Positions 48,502 to 56,643 of a stretch of DNA of 64,000 nucleotides are shown here, one piece after another (position 1 is the first letter of the stretch; every line of letters starts with the position of its first letter). The DNA comes from a virus. Location: positions 31,829 through 95,828 of the IMG/VR virus record IMGVR_UViG_3300046786_000121. One strand, given 5' to 3'. The notes under the pieces were generated by a model. That model saw nothing but the letters and a program-made list of their open reading frames with translations, ran no database searches and was not told the origin of the DNA. A program made the translations under genes and the position numbers.

Positions 48502-48530
48502 ATTATATAGTATAATCGTCAGGCAGTCAA
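48502..48530 (-). promoter_or_regulatory. sigma70 promoter for the BI-1 gene
   Basis: TTGACT-17-TATAAT. Confidence 0.8.
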
Positions 48531-48603
48531 TGATAATTTGATTACAAAAATGTTAAATCTGATTAGATTTGATAAGTACGCATATATAACCAGGAGAAGT
48601 AAA

Positions 48604-49041
48604 ATGAAACTGCTACGCTGTACCGAGATTACAGAAAGACTTTTGACACTGATCAAAGATGATCCAGTGCGTCCTGAGATTCCGGTTGAACAGCGAGTAG
48701 ATTCTACTGGCTGTGTCTATGTACTAGAGAATGACGAGGGAACGCCAGTGGCTGTTACCTGCGTTAAGTTTTTGGAAAAGATTCCCGAAAGTGTAGAGGA
48801 TCTTGCTGACAAGGCTGTTAATACCAGCACAGCAGTATTCTATACAATTTGGAGTTATGCTGCGGGTGCGGGCAAAGAGCTATTAATAGCTGCCCAAAAA
48901 GACATCAGAGCCAGCGAACCAGAAATTGAAACTTTTGTAACCCTGAGTCCCAAGACTGAAATGGCTCGTAGGTTCCACCACAAAAACGGTGCAACAACCT
49001 ATAGAGAAAATTCAGACAGTGTTAACTATATTTACGATTGA
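48604..49041 (+). CDS. GNAT-fold protein resembling the malonyl-CoA decarboxylase catalytic domain
   Basis: AVFYTIWSY..GAG..L...FVTLSP; SD AGGAG. Confidence 0.55.
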   Translation: MKLLRCTEITERLLTLIKDDPVRPEIPVEQRVDSTGCVYVLENDEGTPVAVTCVKFLEKIPESVEDLADKAVNTSTAVFYTIWSYAAGAGKELLIAAQKDIRASEPEIETFVTLSPKTEMARRFHHKNGATTYRENSDSVNYIYD

Positions 49042-49928
49042 CCCGCAAGTTTCTTGAATAGTTTATCAATGCCCGTTTTAGTTTTCCAGGGTGTGAATTT
49101 AGAACTTGCAACGTGAGTTCTATAAATTTCAACTTCATAGGGATTAAGCTGTTGTTCGATAAACTTGGAATTTGTGTGCCAATCTAAAGATATTAGTTCT
49201 TTCTCAAACCCCTGAGTTAAATCCAGGGGTTTTCCACGAATAAAAAAGTCCGTGATTTTTTGAGTTAGTATCTTGTGATTACTCAAGCACAGGTGATTGT
49301 ATCTGCAATCATGTCCATTAAAATAGCCCGTGCCTTCTTCTAACAGCTCCGTCATGTTTTCTGCTGGGATGTATTCATTCCATTGTATGTCACTGAGATT
49401 ACCTTGAGCTATGTCCAGATCCGGATAGTGTTCTGCAGGTCCGAACAGTTGATCAAATCCCTTGATGATTAAAGGCTTGCGAAGTCTAAATCTACGAGTT
49501 TCATAGGCTATGGTAGCCATTCTGTTGGTTGCTTGTAGAATGTCCAGTTGCGGACGTTGAATATGCTTGATATAGTATTCTACAGCTCGGGCACGATCTT
49601 CACCTGCGGCTGTGTCAAAGTCTAGAATGTTCCAATTGCTGAGATGAGGCATGTCCTCAAAGTACCAATATCTATTGGGTGTAGTGGCAACAAACACCAC
49701 ATAGTCATCAGCTGAAAAGTTTGGAAGTTGTTCTAGGTATTGTCTTACAGCCCAGTCTTGACTGCTGCCTATCAAACTGTAGTTGTGCATGTTCACACTA
49801 CACTTGAGTTCTTGCCCTAGCTTGTGTGCTAGGTTTCTAGTCCATACCTGTTTAGGATCTCGCTGTGGGTTTAAGGCGCTCCAGCTATCGCCAAATATCC
49901 ATAAATTAACCGGGGATTTCATTGTCAT
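49032..49928 (-). CDS. SGNH-like hypothetical protein
   Basis: WIFGDSW block I; C-terminal D.RYNH. Confidence 0.55.
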   Translation of the reverse strand: MTMKSPVNLWIFGDSWSALNPQRDPKQVWTRNLAHKLGQELKCSVNMHNYSLIGSSQDWAVRQYLEQLPNFSADDYVVFVATTPNRYWYFEDMPHLSNWNILDFDTAAGEDRARAVEYYIKHIQRPQLDILQATNRMATIAYETRRFRLRKPLIIKGFDQLFGPAEHYPDLDIAQGNLSDIQWNEYIPAENMTELLEEGTGYFNGHDCRYNHLCLSNHKILTQKITDFFIRGKPLDLTQGFEKELISLDWHTNSKFIEQQLNPYEVEIYRTHVASSKFTPWKTKTGIDKLFKKLAGQS

Positions 49929-49962
49929 CGTGTATATATCACAGACCCTGTCCCCGGGTAAT

Positions 49963-50151
49963 TTATCTAGGCGTGTAGGTGTCTACTCTTGCGGCCCATT
50001 GTTCCCCGGATCTCTGCTCTTGTTGGCTGGCAAAGTCTCGGGCCAATTGCCAAGCTTCGTCTTCATTAACAACTAATCTACCCGAAAGATCCTGTCTTTC
50101 AACGCGGATCTTTGTCTTGAGATTTTGTGCTAGAACTCTGTATGCTATCAT
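49963..50151 (-). CDS. Small hypothetical protein
   Basis: SD AGGAG, TAAATA at 50170-50175. Confidence 0.7.
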   Translation of the reverse strand: MIAYRVLAQNLKTKIRVERQDLSGRLVVNEDEAWQLARDFASQQEQRSGEQWAARVDTYTPR

Positions 50152-50172
50152 GTTTTGCTCCTGTCCCTGTAT

Positions 50173-50787
50173 TTATTCGGGACTAGCGGGAGTTTCCGGT
50201 GGTATGTCAGTGGCTAGAAAGTTAAAGACAACGCAGAGTCTACCATCAAACTTTTCCGGACGACCTGTAGTGCGCCAGTGTGTACCGTCGAATTCATACC
50301 AACGATTAGCCTTGGGTTCTAGACTATAGCTTTCGGTGAGATTCTCGGGTCTTTCCCACTGTTCCAACCAACTACGCTCTTTGTAGAGCTGTGTGTTGCC
50401 GTCAGTGTCAAAGGGAAAGAATATGGCTGTTTGATGCGGACCCACTAGATCGATATGTGGCTGTTCGCGTCCTGTATCCCCGGGTTGACTGTTGATCACA
50501 CGCATTCTAAGTATGCGTTTGAGAGTTCGTCCGCTCTTTCTTAGAGCAGTGCGTAGAACCATTTCGCAGACATCTGAGATATCCGACAAGGGTTCATCAC
50601 AGTCCCAGGCCATGTGTGTCATCTGATACCAATCGTACAAGCGATTATCTTTAAGATGACTGGCGGGCACATATACCCAGGGCAACAGTGGATTACCCAC
50701 TCGTACCTGTACCATTTCTAATAAGTCTTCTTCCAAGACATTGTCTAATTGTGTTAATTTTGAGTCTAAGTGTGCGTAAGCGTCCAT
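50173..50787 (-). CDS. 2OG-Fe(II) oxygenase-like protein
   Basis: PHID, IFF..DTDGNT, FDG, R...VFNF; start re-called at SD GGAG. Confidence 0.6.
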   Translation of the reverse strand: MDAYAHLDSKLTQLDNVLEEDLLEMVQVRVGNPLLPWVYVPASHLKDNRLYDWYQMTHMAWDCDEPLSDISDVCEMVLRTALRKSGRTLKRILRMRVINSQPGDTGREQPHIDLVGPHQTAIFFPFDTDGNTQLYKERSWLEQWERPENLTESYSLEPKANRWYEFDGTHWRTTGRPEKFDGRLCVVFNFLATDIPPETPASPE

Positions 50788-50843
50788 GCTATCTCCTTGC
50801 TCTTTACTTAGCAGAATCAACAGTCCCAGATATAAGTATTGGC

Positions 50844-51392
50844 ATGCAGAAACAAACACAGGGCATATTTGCCCAAAATATCACGCTATACCACATTGCT
50901 CCCGAAGTCTATCAGCATAGACTAGGCATGTTTGACATGGAGTTAGATGGCACACACAGCTATAGTCTATCCAGCAGAGTACTAGATGATATCCCCCCAC
51001 TCAAGCAACAGATACAGGCCTGCATCACAGACTATGCTGCGACAGTTCTGGGCCTACTAGACACTGTGAACATAACAGAATCCTGGCTAAACAGCTATGA
51101 GCAGGATCAAACTATTCACCAACATCAACACCCAAATAGCATAGTTTCCGCAGTATGGTATTGGGACACAGAGCCAACTACTATAGAATTCCACAATCCC
51201 GCACAAGCTACAACCTGGACATTTAAACTACGCAGTAGATTCTCCGACACAGTCTCAGTTCCCGTTAAACAAGGTGACTTATTAGTTTGGCCCAGCTATC
51301 TACAACACAGTGCAAGAGCCGCAACAAATCGCAAGAGTCTAGCTGTTAACTCATTACCTAAGATTTGGGGTGATCGTTTGTGGCATAGCTGA
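50844..51392 (+). CDS. 2OG-Fe(II) oxygenase (TIGR02466-like)
   Basis: ESWLN, HQHPNSIVSAVWY, GDLLVWPSYLQH, R.SLA.N; TAAGTA 5 nt upstream. Confidence 0.8.
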   Translation: MQKQTQGIFAQNITLYHIAPEVYQHRLGMFDMELDGTHSYSLSSRVLDDIPPLKQQIQACITDYAATVLGLLDTVNITESWLNSYEQDQTIHQHQHPNSIVSAVWYWDTEPTTIEFHNPAQATTWTFKLRSRFSDTVSVPVKQGDLLVWPSYLQHSARAATNRKSLAVNSLPKIWGDRLWHS

Positions 51393-51475
51393 GAGTCAGA
51401 GAGCGCGAAGCGCACCGCGCAAAAAAGCAGATTTTTACTTGATAATCTACGCAGTTTATTGTATACTCACTGTAT

Positions 51476-51724
51476 ATGTACATTGAATTCAAACTGCCCA
51501 ATGGAAGTGCGGGACAAGCGCAAGCTCACTATAATAGACGTATACGACAAAGTATACATCAGTGGCTAGAAGCTAATAACATCACAGACTACGATATACG
51601 TCCACGTTTAGGCAACCATTACTATCTAGCGTTTACACTCTCAAAGGAAGAGCAATACACGCTGTTTCTATTGGCTTGGAACGAGCCTACGTTACCCATG
51701 CCCAAATTGGTAGTAGAGTACTAA
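51476..51724 (+). CDS. Hypothetical protein
   Basis: TTGATA-17-TATACT promoter at 51439-51467. Confidence 0.7.
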   Translation: MYIEFKLPNGSAGQAQAHYNRRIRQSIHQWLEANNITDYDIRPRLGNHYYLAFTLSKEEQYTLFLLAWNEPTLPMPKLVVEY

Positions 51725-51748
51725 AAAATGGCCGCGCAAATTTTTTAA

Positions 51749-51952
51749 TTATAAGAAATGTATAGGGTCTGGTGATTCTACACTAGCTGTACAGTGGCTA
51801 AAACGTAGTAAGAACTCTGTTCGAATGGCTCCGTCGGGCACCCAAAAACGTGTACGAGCTAGGTGGCATTCGTGTTCTAAGCCATGAAGTCGGACCCACT
51901 CCAATACACGGGCAAAGTCTGAATGCAGAGTGATTACATAGTACTGTTGCAT
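51749..51952 (-). CDS. Hypothetical protein
   Basis: 67-aa ORF. Confidence 0.6.
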   Translation of the reverse strand: MQQYYVITLHSDFARVLEWVRLHGLEHECHLARTRFWVPDGAIRTEFLLRFSHCTASVESPDPIHFL

Positions 51953-52188
51953 AGTAGTTCTAGTAGAATTTCTAGTATAACAGGATCGTAGGGAATGGGA
52001 GTGTACATGTTATTATATAGTGGATTATAGTAGTCTATAGAGAATTATAGTCTGCCCAAATGGGTCCTGCAGGGTAAAAAACTAGAGCGCTAAAAAATTT
52101 GGGTAGTAACTTTATCTTCTCAGGGTGGTGATTTGCTACCACTGTGGCGTTTTTACAACACTGCACACGCATATACCGGCCGGGGTTC

Positions 52189-52218
52189 ATTATAGCACCA
52201 CCACCTCCTGATGGTCAA
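52189..52218 (-). promoter_or_regulatory. Early promoter cassette 1
   Basis: ttggTTGACC-18-TATAAT; no ORF directly downstream. Confidence 0.6.
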
Positions 52219-52222
52219 CCAA

Positions 52223-52423
52223 TCAGCACCTCAGACTTCGATTCCCTCTCTCACTTTCTCTAAGATGGCTCCCACAGAGTCGATATGCGGCATCATCCCA
52301 CGCTGGAATCACGTCCGTCAACTGCCTGTGCTGTTTAGGATCCCAGGGCGCATCCCTGTAGTCCCGTACAGCGCAGCCTGTAAGACTAGCGCATAGCGCA
52401 AGCAATAGCACGATCCGTAGCAT
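52223..52423 (-). CDS. Small lipoprotein
   Basis: Lipobox LTGC; SD AGGAG. Confidence 0.75.
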   Translation of the reverse strand: MLRIVLLLALCASLTGCAVRDYRDAPWDPKQHRQLTDVIPAWDDAAYRLCGSHLRESERGNRSLRC

Positions 52424-52619
52424 CTGCGTAGTCTCCTAAGCCCTGTTCTTGTTCTATAGTATCCCACATCATTAGCTTGATTAGGCTACTGGCATCTACC
52501 CTATCCTGATGTGTGGGCATTGCCATAATCGTATCCTTAAGCTCGTCTTCATCACGGCAGGTCCAAAGGATCTCGGCAATGGCTATCTGCCTAGGGCTTA
52601 GTTTCTCAATGTGAATCAT
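52386..52619 (-). CDS. Hypothetical early protein
   Basis: Start re-called to MIHIEKL. Confidence 0.7.
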   Translation of the reverse strand: MIHIEKLSPRQIAIAEILWTCRDEDELKDTIMAMPTHQDRVDASSLIKLMMWDTIEQEQGLGDYADATDRAIACAMR

Positions 52620-52803
52620 AGTAGTCCAGTTCACTGTTACGGTTACCCAAGTAACCTGCATACATTGCAAGGAGCCCTAGGACTGCGACTACTGTAGAAC
52701 TAATCATTTGCTCGGTGGTTTCACTGTGCTCAATGCCACCTACGCCCCCAAAGACTAAGAGGAATCCTGCTAGGCTTACGATTGCGGCTGCTGTCTTGTT
52801 CAT
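52606..52803 (-). CDS. Small 2-TM membrane protein
   Basis: SD AAGGAG; two hydrophobic segments. Confidence 0.75.
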   Translation of the reverse strand: MNKTAAAIVSLAGFLLVFGGVGGIEHSETTEQMISSTVVAVLGLLAMYAGYLGNRNSELDYYDSH

Positions 52804-52826
52804 AGTATGCTCCTTTGTATGTCTAG

Positions 52827-52856
52827 ATTATAACAGGGGTTTTGGGCCCCTGTCAA
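52827..52856 (-). promoter_or_regulatory. Early promoter cassette 2
   Basis: TTGACA-18-TATAAT; ACAGGGG/CCCCTGT inverted repeat. Confidence 0.85.
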
Positions 52857-52859
52857 CCA

Positions 52860-53306
52860 TTATTTTACTTGTTGAAGACTCGCCACTTTGATAGTGAATA
52901 CTTCGTTGTCTGTGTCCCCGCGGAACTCTGATGCAAGGCAGTCCAGTTCTGCTTCGGCTTTCGTGATTTGAATGCCGTTGCGTGTGTATTCTACTTGAGG
53001 AACAAAGTCGTTGCGAACACGGGTGCAACGATAGTAGTATTCACCTTTGTGCTCGATGATGTGTGGATAGTCGAACCATTCGCCCCATGGCAGGCCCTGG
53101 TTCTGTGCTGGCAATTCGCCTGATGCTCGCTTGTCCTTAACCGCTTGGATGTTGTCGTATTCTACGCCTACACGGGCTTGGAATGTTGACAGCTTCATGA
53201 TTGGTTCTTTGTTTTTACGAACCTTCATTGGGCGGAGTGTTGTGAGCGTTGCGATAGTGCCGCGGCGCTTGTTTAGCAATTGCAGGATTTCGTTTGTTTG
53301 AATCAT
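52860..53306 (-). CDS. Hypothetical early protein
   Basis: SD AAGGAG; LPWGEW..YP.IIEHKGEYY. Confidence 0.85.
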   Translation of the reverse strand: MIQTNEILQLLNKRRGTIATLTTLRPMKVRKNKEPIMKLSTFQARVGVEYDNIQAVKDKRASGELPAQNQGLPWGEWFDYPHIIEHKGEYYYRCTRVRNDFVPQVEYTRNGIQITKAEAELDCLASEFRGDTDNEVFTIKVASLQQVK

Positions 53307-53335
53307 CTTAGCTCCTTTTGTGTGTGTATGTGTAA

Positions 53336-53364
53336 ATTATACAACCAAAATGTCTAGCTGTCAA
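53336..53364 (-). promoter_or_regulatory. Early promoter cassette 3
   Basis: TTGACA-17-TATAAT. Confidence 0.9.
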
Positions 53365-53471
53365 CCAAAAATCATAGTTCCTACCGCCGCGATCCATATC
53401 AGCAGAGCCTGGGCGATACCGTAGTGGAAGAGGAACCAAAACAGGGCGATCCATCCAATCAGTCTAATCAT
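53361..53471 (-). CDS. 36-aa hydrophobic peptide (not in ORF track)
   Basis: MIRLIGWIALFWFLFHYGIAQALLIWIAAVGTMIFG; own promoter and SD AAGGAG. Confidence 0.7.
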   Translation of the reverse strand: MIRLIGWIALFWFLFHYGIAQALLIWIAAVGTMIFG

Positions 53472-53498
53472 AGCCAACTCCTTTGTGTTGATGACTAG

Positions 53499-53527
53499 AG
53501 TATACTGTCACCTAGCCAAAATGTCAA
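53499..53527 (-). promoter_or_regulatory. Early promoter cassette 4
   Basis: TTGACA-17-TATACT. Confidence 0.88.
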
Positions 53528-53708
53528 CCAATCTTTGATTTAATTGATCCATCTCACTGGCTTCGACGTAGAAGTCTGTGGTGGGATCCCAGTAGCTGCC
53601 TTCCCGGGGATCGTAGTAGAGAACTCTATCGATGAACCAGAACGGCCCCTCGAGTCCATCACGGGGGAGCCACTTAGGATCCCGTGTGCCTAGAACCTTG
53701 AATCCCAT
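53508..53708 (-). CDS. Hypothetical early protein
   Basis: GLEGPF...VLYYDP.EG.YWDP.TDFY; TAATG coupling. Confidence 0.8.
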   Translation of the reverse strand: MGFKVLGTRDPKWLPRDGLEGPFWFIDRVLYYDPREGSYWDPTTDFYVEASEMDQLNQRLVDILAR

Positions 53709-53830
53709 TATCGGCTTTCGCGGACTGATTCGAGGATCTTAGCCTGCTTCTTCGCGATGTAGAAGCTGAATCCGAAACGGAAGACACGGACGAAGTGCAG
53801 TCCGCCTACCTTTTTGTATGTTAGAATCAT
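53708..53830 (-). CDS. 40-aa basic peptide (not in ORF track)
   Basis: MILTYKKVGGLHFVRVFRFGFSFYIAKK...; own promoter and SD. Confidence 0.7.
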   Translation of the reverse strand: MILTYKKVGGLHFVRVFRFGFSFYIAKKQAKILESVRESR

Positions 53831-53861
53831 CTTGGGCTCCTATTGCGTTGTTGATGTGTAG

Positions 53862-53890
53862 ATTATACCATCACTTGTCCAAAATGTCAA
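53862..53890 (-). promoter_or_regulatory. Early promoter cassette 5
   Basis: TTGACA-17-TATAAT; 32 bp identical to cassette 6. Confidence 0.9.
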
Positions 53891-53897
53891 CCATTTT

Positions 53898-54410
53898 TTA
53901 AAACTTTCCGCCTGGGCGAACAATGGCTGCACGATTGCCACATCGGCTACCGTCTTTAGCAGTCTGCCAGGTATAGTCGCAGGTTCCTAATGCCCCAGAT
54001 GCTGGGAATGCTCTAACCAAGGCTGCGAGAAGGATGCCTGTGCCTACTACCTTAACAACCGTTCCCCATCCTGTGTCCCAGAAACTGATTTCCGGTTCTT
54101 CCCTCGAAGGTTTCTGTGGGATTGACTTAGGAGTAATCCTTTCCTGAAACTCTGCTACTGTTTCGCTCTGCAGGATACAGTTGCTGCCATCTGTTGCATA
54201 GCTGGCAAAGTACCCCACATACCCGTCCTTGATAAACACATCCTTACCCTCGCTGGATCTGCGTTCCCAACCATTCTTCTCTCCATCGATGTAGAGTTGT
54301 TGATAGGCTTTGACGCAGGCTTCAGGCGAATTAAGCGGGAATCGTTCTACGGCAGCTTGACAGGTAGTTGCTAGGATTGCTAGGATTAGGAATGTTGCTA
54401 TAGAGCGCAT
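53898..54410 (-). CDS. Exported/membrane protein with Cys-containing C-terminal motif
   Basis: Signal peptide, TM segment, CDY.WQ.AKDGSRCG.RAA..RPGG. Confidence 0.75.
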   Translation of the reverse strand: MRSIATFLILAILATTCQAAVERFPLNSPEACVKAYQQLYIDGEKNGWERRSSEGKDVFIKDGYVGYFASYATDGSNCILQSETVAEFQERITPKSIPQKPSREEPEISFWDTGWGTVVKVVGTGILLAALVRAFPASGALGTCDYTWQTAKDGSRCGNRAAIVRPGGKF

Positions 54411-54436
54411 TGTATTCTCCTTCTTACAATGACTCT

Positions 54437-54465
54437 ATTATACCATCACTTGTCCAAAATGTCAA
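54437..54465 (-). promoter_or_regulatory. Early promoter cassette 6
   Basis: TTGACA-17-TATAAT, inside the 3' end of the upstream ORF. Confidence 0.9.
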
Positions 54466-54862
54466 CCAATTCCTTGCTGGATAATCCATTCGCCTTGGCC
54501 ATAGCCTTGATCTGCTCGGCTACTCTCTCACGGCGAGTTTCTTCATCACGGCGGGCCTTCTCGGCTTTGGCCAATGCTGCTTTCTTCTCTCGTTCGATCT
54601 TGGCTTCTTGGGCAAGGCGCTGCTTCTCTAAGCGTTCCTCGTATTCCTTGTCGGTTTCCAAGCGTTTGACAACCGCGACTGCCTCACCATAGGAATCCAT
54701 CTTGACAGTGATCCTGCCTCCGTGTAGAATCTCTTGTTCGGTGAAGTTTAGCCGAAAGTCTTCGAGTGCTTTGGCTGCTTCTCGGATTTCCTTGCCGTGA
54801 AATAGCTTTCTCAGAGGGATCCTCTTAGATTTCAGCTCAACGGTTTTGCGGGGCGCTGTCAT
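54446..54862 (-). CDS. Coiled-coil hypothetical protein
   Basis: 138 aa, charged helical C-terminal half. Confidence 0.75.
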   Translation of the reverse strand: MTAPRKTVELKSKRIPLRKLFHGKEIREAAKALEDFRLNFTEQEILHGGRITVKMDSYGEAVAVVKRLETDKEYEERLEKQRLAQEAKIEREKKAALAKAEKARRDEETRRERVAEQIKAMAKANGLSSKELVDILDK

Positions 54863-55142
54863 TGCTTTCTTTCAGTTGCTGACGAAGTTCCTGTGCTTGT
54901 CCCATAGCGTTGAATGCCTTATCTTGTGCATCCATGGTATAGAGGATCGCTGCCAAGCCTACGGTGCTCATGACGAGGTTGGTGATAATCAAGGGCCAAT
55001 CACGGACGCGAATCGCCACGAACAACCACATGAAACCTCCCACGACTAGGATCGAGGGGCCTTCAGGATAGTATCCTAAGCCGTTCACTCCAGTCCCCAC
55101 GATGAGGACCAGGGTGGCTAACCATTTAACGAATTCAGTCAA
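54837..55142 (-). CDS. 3-TM membrane protein
   Basis: Hydrophobic segments; ATGA-type overlap. Confidence 0.7.
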   Translation of the reverse strand: MTEFVKWLATLVLIVGTGVNGLGYYPEGPSILVVGGFMWLFVAIRVRDWPLIITNLVMSTVGLAAILYTMDAQDKAFNAMGQAQELRQQLKESNDSAPQNR

Positions 55143-55333
55143 ATCATCTCTCCTTCGCCGGAAGTCATGCAGTCTAGATCGTAATTTGCCTCTAGGATAT
55201 CTACTTCAAAGGTGTTAAGCTCAAAGGCTACGGATGTGTCGTAAACAGCATCAGGGAACTCACAGCCTGCTGCTACAAGTCCTTTGAGGTGTGCAAGTGC
55301 TTCTGTGAAGCGTGTGCGTTTTTGCTTTGCCAT
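55139..55333 (-). CDS. Hypothetical early protein
   Basis: Start re-called to MAKQKR after SD. Confidence 0.75.
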   Translation of the reverse strand: MAKQKRTRFTEALAHLKGLVAAGCEFPDAVYDTSVAFELNTFEVDILEANYDLDCMTSGEGEMI

Positions 55334-55361
55334 GTCCTGCTCCTTGTGTGTGTATGTGTAA

Positions 55362-55390
55362 ATTATACGACAGGATAGCCAAAATGTCAA
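55362..55390 (-). promoter_or_regulatory. Early promoter cassette 7
   Basis: TTGACA-17-TATAAT. Confidence 0.9.
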
Positions 55391-55393
55391 CCA

Positions 55394-55825
55394 TTATTTT
55401 GCCTGAGTGATCTCGCCCTGCTCATTGACGTTGAAGCTGCCGCCGATGAGTTCTGCCCCGTCGCCTTCTTCGATGACGAGCCTGATGCCTACCAGCTTCT
55501 CTCCCAGGCGCTTGATTAAGGATTCTTTGGAGTCTCCTTGGCCCAGGAACTGATCGTCTTCCTTGCGGAAAGCGTAAAGGACCTCGCCGTGCTTCTCAAT
55601 CTTGATAGGCACGATTTCGTAACCGTTCTCGTCACGCTCTGTGTCTGCTGCTGCTTCTGGATCGAGATCGTCTTTCCAATGGTTAATGAACTTGTCCAGT
55701 TCTTTGTTAGTGATGCCGGCTTTACGGAACATCTCTGCCATGGTGTAAAACATAATCTTCTCCTGCACCTTCCAGCCGAGCCAGAATGCAGCCACAAAGA
55801 CGAGAACGAGTTCGATGATATCCAT
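55394..55825 (-). CDS. N-anchored membrane protein
   Basis: N-terminal TM segment; TAATG coupling. Confidence 0.8.
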   Translation of the reverse strand: MDIIELVLVFVAAFWLGWKVQEKIMFYTMAEMFRKAGITNKELDKFINHWKDDLDPEAAADTERDENGYEIVPIKIEKHGEVLYAFRKEDDQFLGQGDSKESLIKRLGEKLVGIRLVIEEGDGAELIGGSFNVNEQGEITQAK

Positions 55826-56151
55826 TAGGCTTTCCTTGGGTGATAAAGAGCGGCTGCTTCCTTGCGAAGTGCTCCTGCTTTCTTGTATAATTCGTCTGCG
55901 GTATTCGACAGCGCGGCGCTACGGGCTTCTGTTAGCTTACTACCGCCGAACTCACGATCTATGTAGTACTGGATCAAGTTGTTCTTGATAAGGCTAACGA
56001 GATCGCCACCTTGATCATCTGGACAGATAAACCTGACGGGACACTTGCCCCAACTCTTATCGGATACGAACTCTGCGTAATACCGTCTATGATCCTTGTT
56101 GTGTGGATCAAAGGCTACTAAGGGCCTTGCAAGATATTCTAGTTTGCTCAT
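55825..56151 (-). CDS. Hypothetical early protein
   Basis: RP.VAFDP.NKDHR..Y..F.....WG.CPVRF. Confidence 0.8.
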   Translation of the reverse strand: MSKLEYLARPLVAFDPHNKDHRRYYAEFVSDKSWGKCPVRFICPDDQGGDLVSLIKNNLIQYYIDREFGGSKLTEARSAALSNTADELYKKAGALRKEAAALYHPRKA

Positions 56152-56177
56152 GTCTTTATTTAATAGTTAGATAATGT

Positions 56178-56206
56178 ATTATACTACCAAATGCTCGTCA
56201 AGTCAA
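56178..56206 (-). promoter_or_regulatory. Early promoter cassette 8
   Basis: TTGACT-17-TATAAT, abutting a terminator U-tract. Confidence 0.85.
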
Positions 56207-56208
56207 TC

Positions 56209-56245
56209 AAAAAAGGGCCCTCCGTGCATCAAAACAGGGAGGGCC
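56209..56245 (-). terminator. Intrinsic terminator
   Basis: GGCCCTCC/GGAGGGCC stem plus U6. Confidence 0.8.
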
Positions 56246-56259
56246 AAATGTTACCGCTA

Positions 56260-56275
56260 CCGGGAGCGAATCGGT
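56260..56275 (-). repeat. 16-nt 3'-UTR hairpin element, copy 1
   Basis: ACCGATTCGCTCCCGG, identical at 63742-63757. Confidence 0.9.
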
Positions 56276-56277
56276 TG

Positions 56278-56586
56278 TTACGCGGTAACAGCTTCTGCCG
56301 TCACGGCAGTAGTCTCAGGGGCCTTAGCAGCGGGGCCTGCGTTCTTTTTCGCCACATAGGCGATAGCAGCCAGGACCGCTGGGTTACCTGCACCATAACC
56401 AGTGGCGGTCAAGTGTGCGGCAATCTCAGCCTTAGTCATCTCATGCGGCAATGGAATCAAGTCCACGTCCGTATGTCCGTTCTTCGACAGGATCTTGATA
56501 CGCATGGTATCATTCGCGAAACGGATCTTAGTCTTACCATCAAGTGTAGAAACACCTGCAACTGCGAACTTCTTATCTGTAGCCAT
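56278..56586 (-). CDS. Hypothetical early protein
   Basis: SD GAGG, own promoter and terminator. Confidence 0.85.
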   Translation of the reverse strand: MATDKKFAVAGVSTLDGKTKIRFANDTMRIKILSKNGHTDVDLIPLPHEMTKAEIAAHLTATGYGAGNPAVLAAIAYVAKKNAGPAAKAPETTAVTAEAVTA

Positions 56587-56643
56587 TTAAATTACCTCTT
56601 CTGTATGTGTGTTAATCAATACCAAACCATTTGGTACAATTTT

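Noticed and set aside
51934-52008. 24-aa minus-strand ORF MYTPIPYDPVILEILLELLCNSTM
   Set aside because: Too short, and no SD or clear -35; cannot be supported from the sequence alone
56260-56275. CsrA/RsmA-binding GGA hairpin on the plus strand
   Set aside because: Transcription here is on the minus strand, no plus-strand promoter was seen, and the loop does not fit ANGGA
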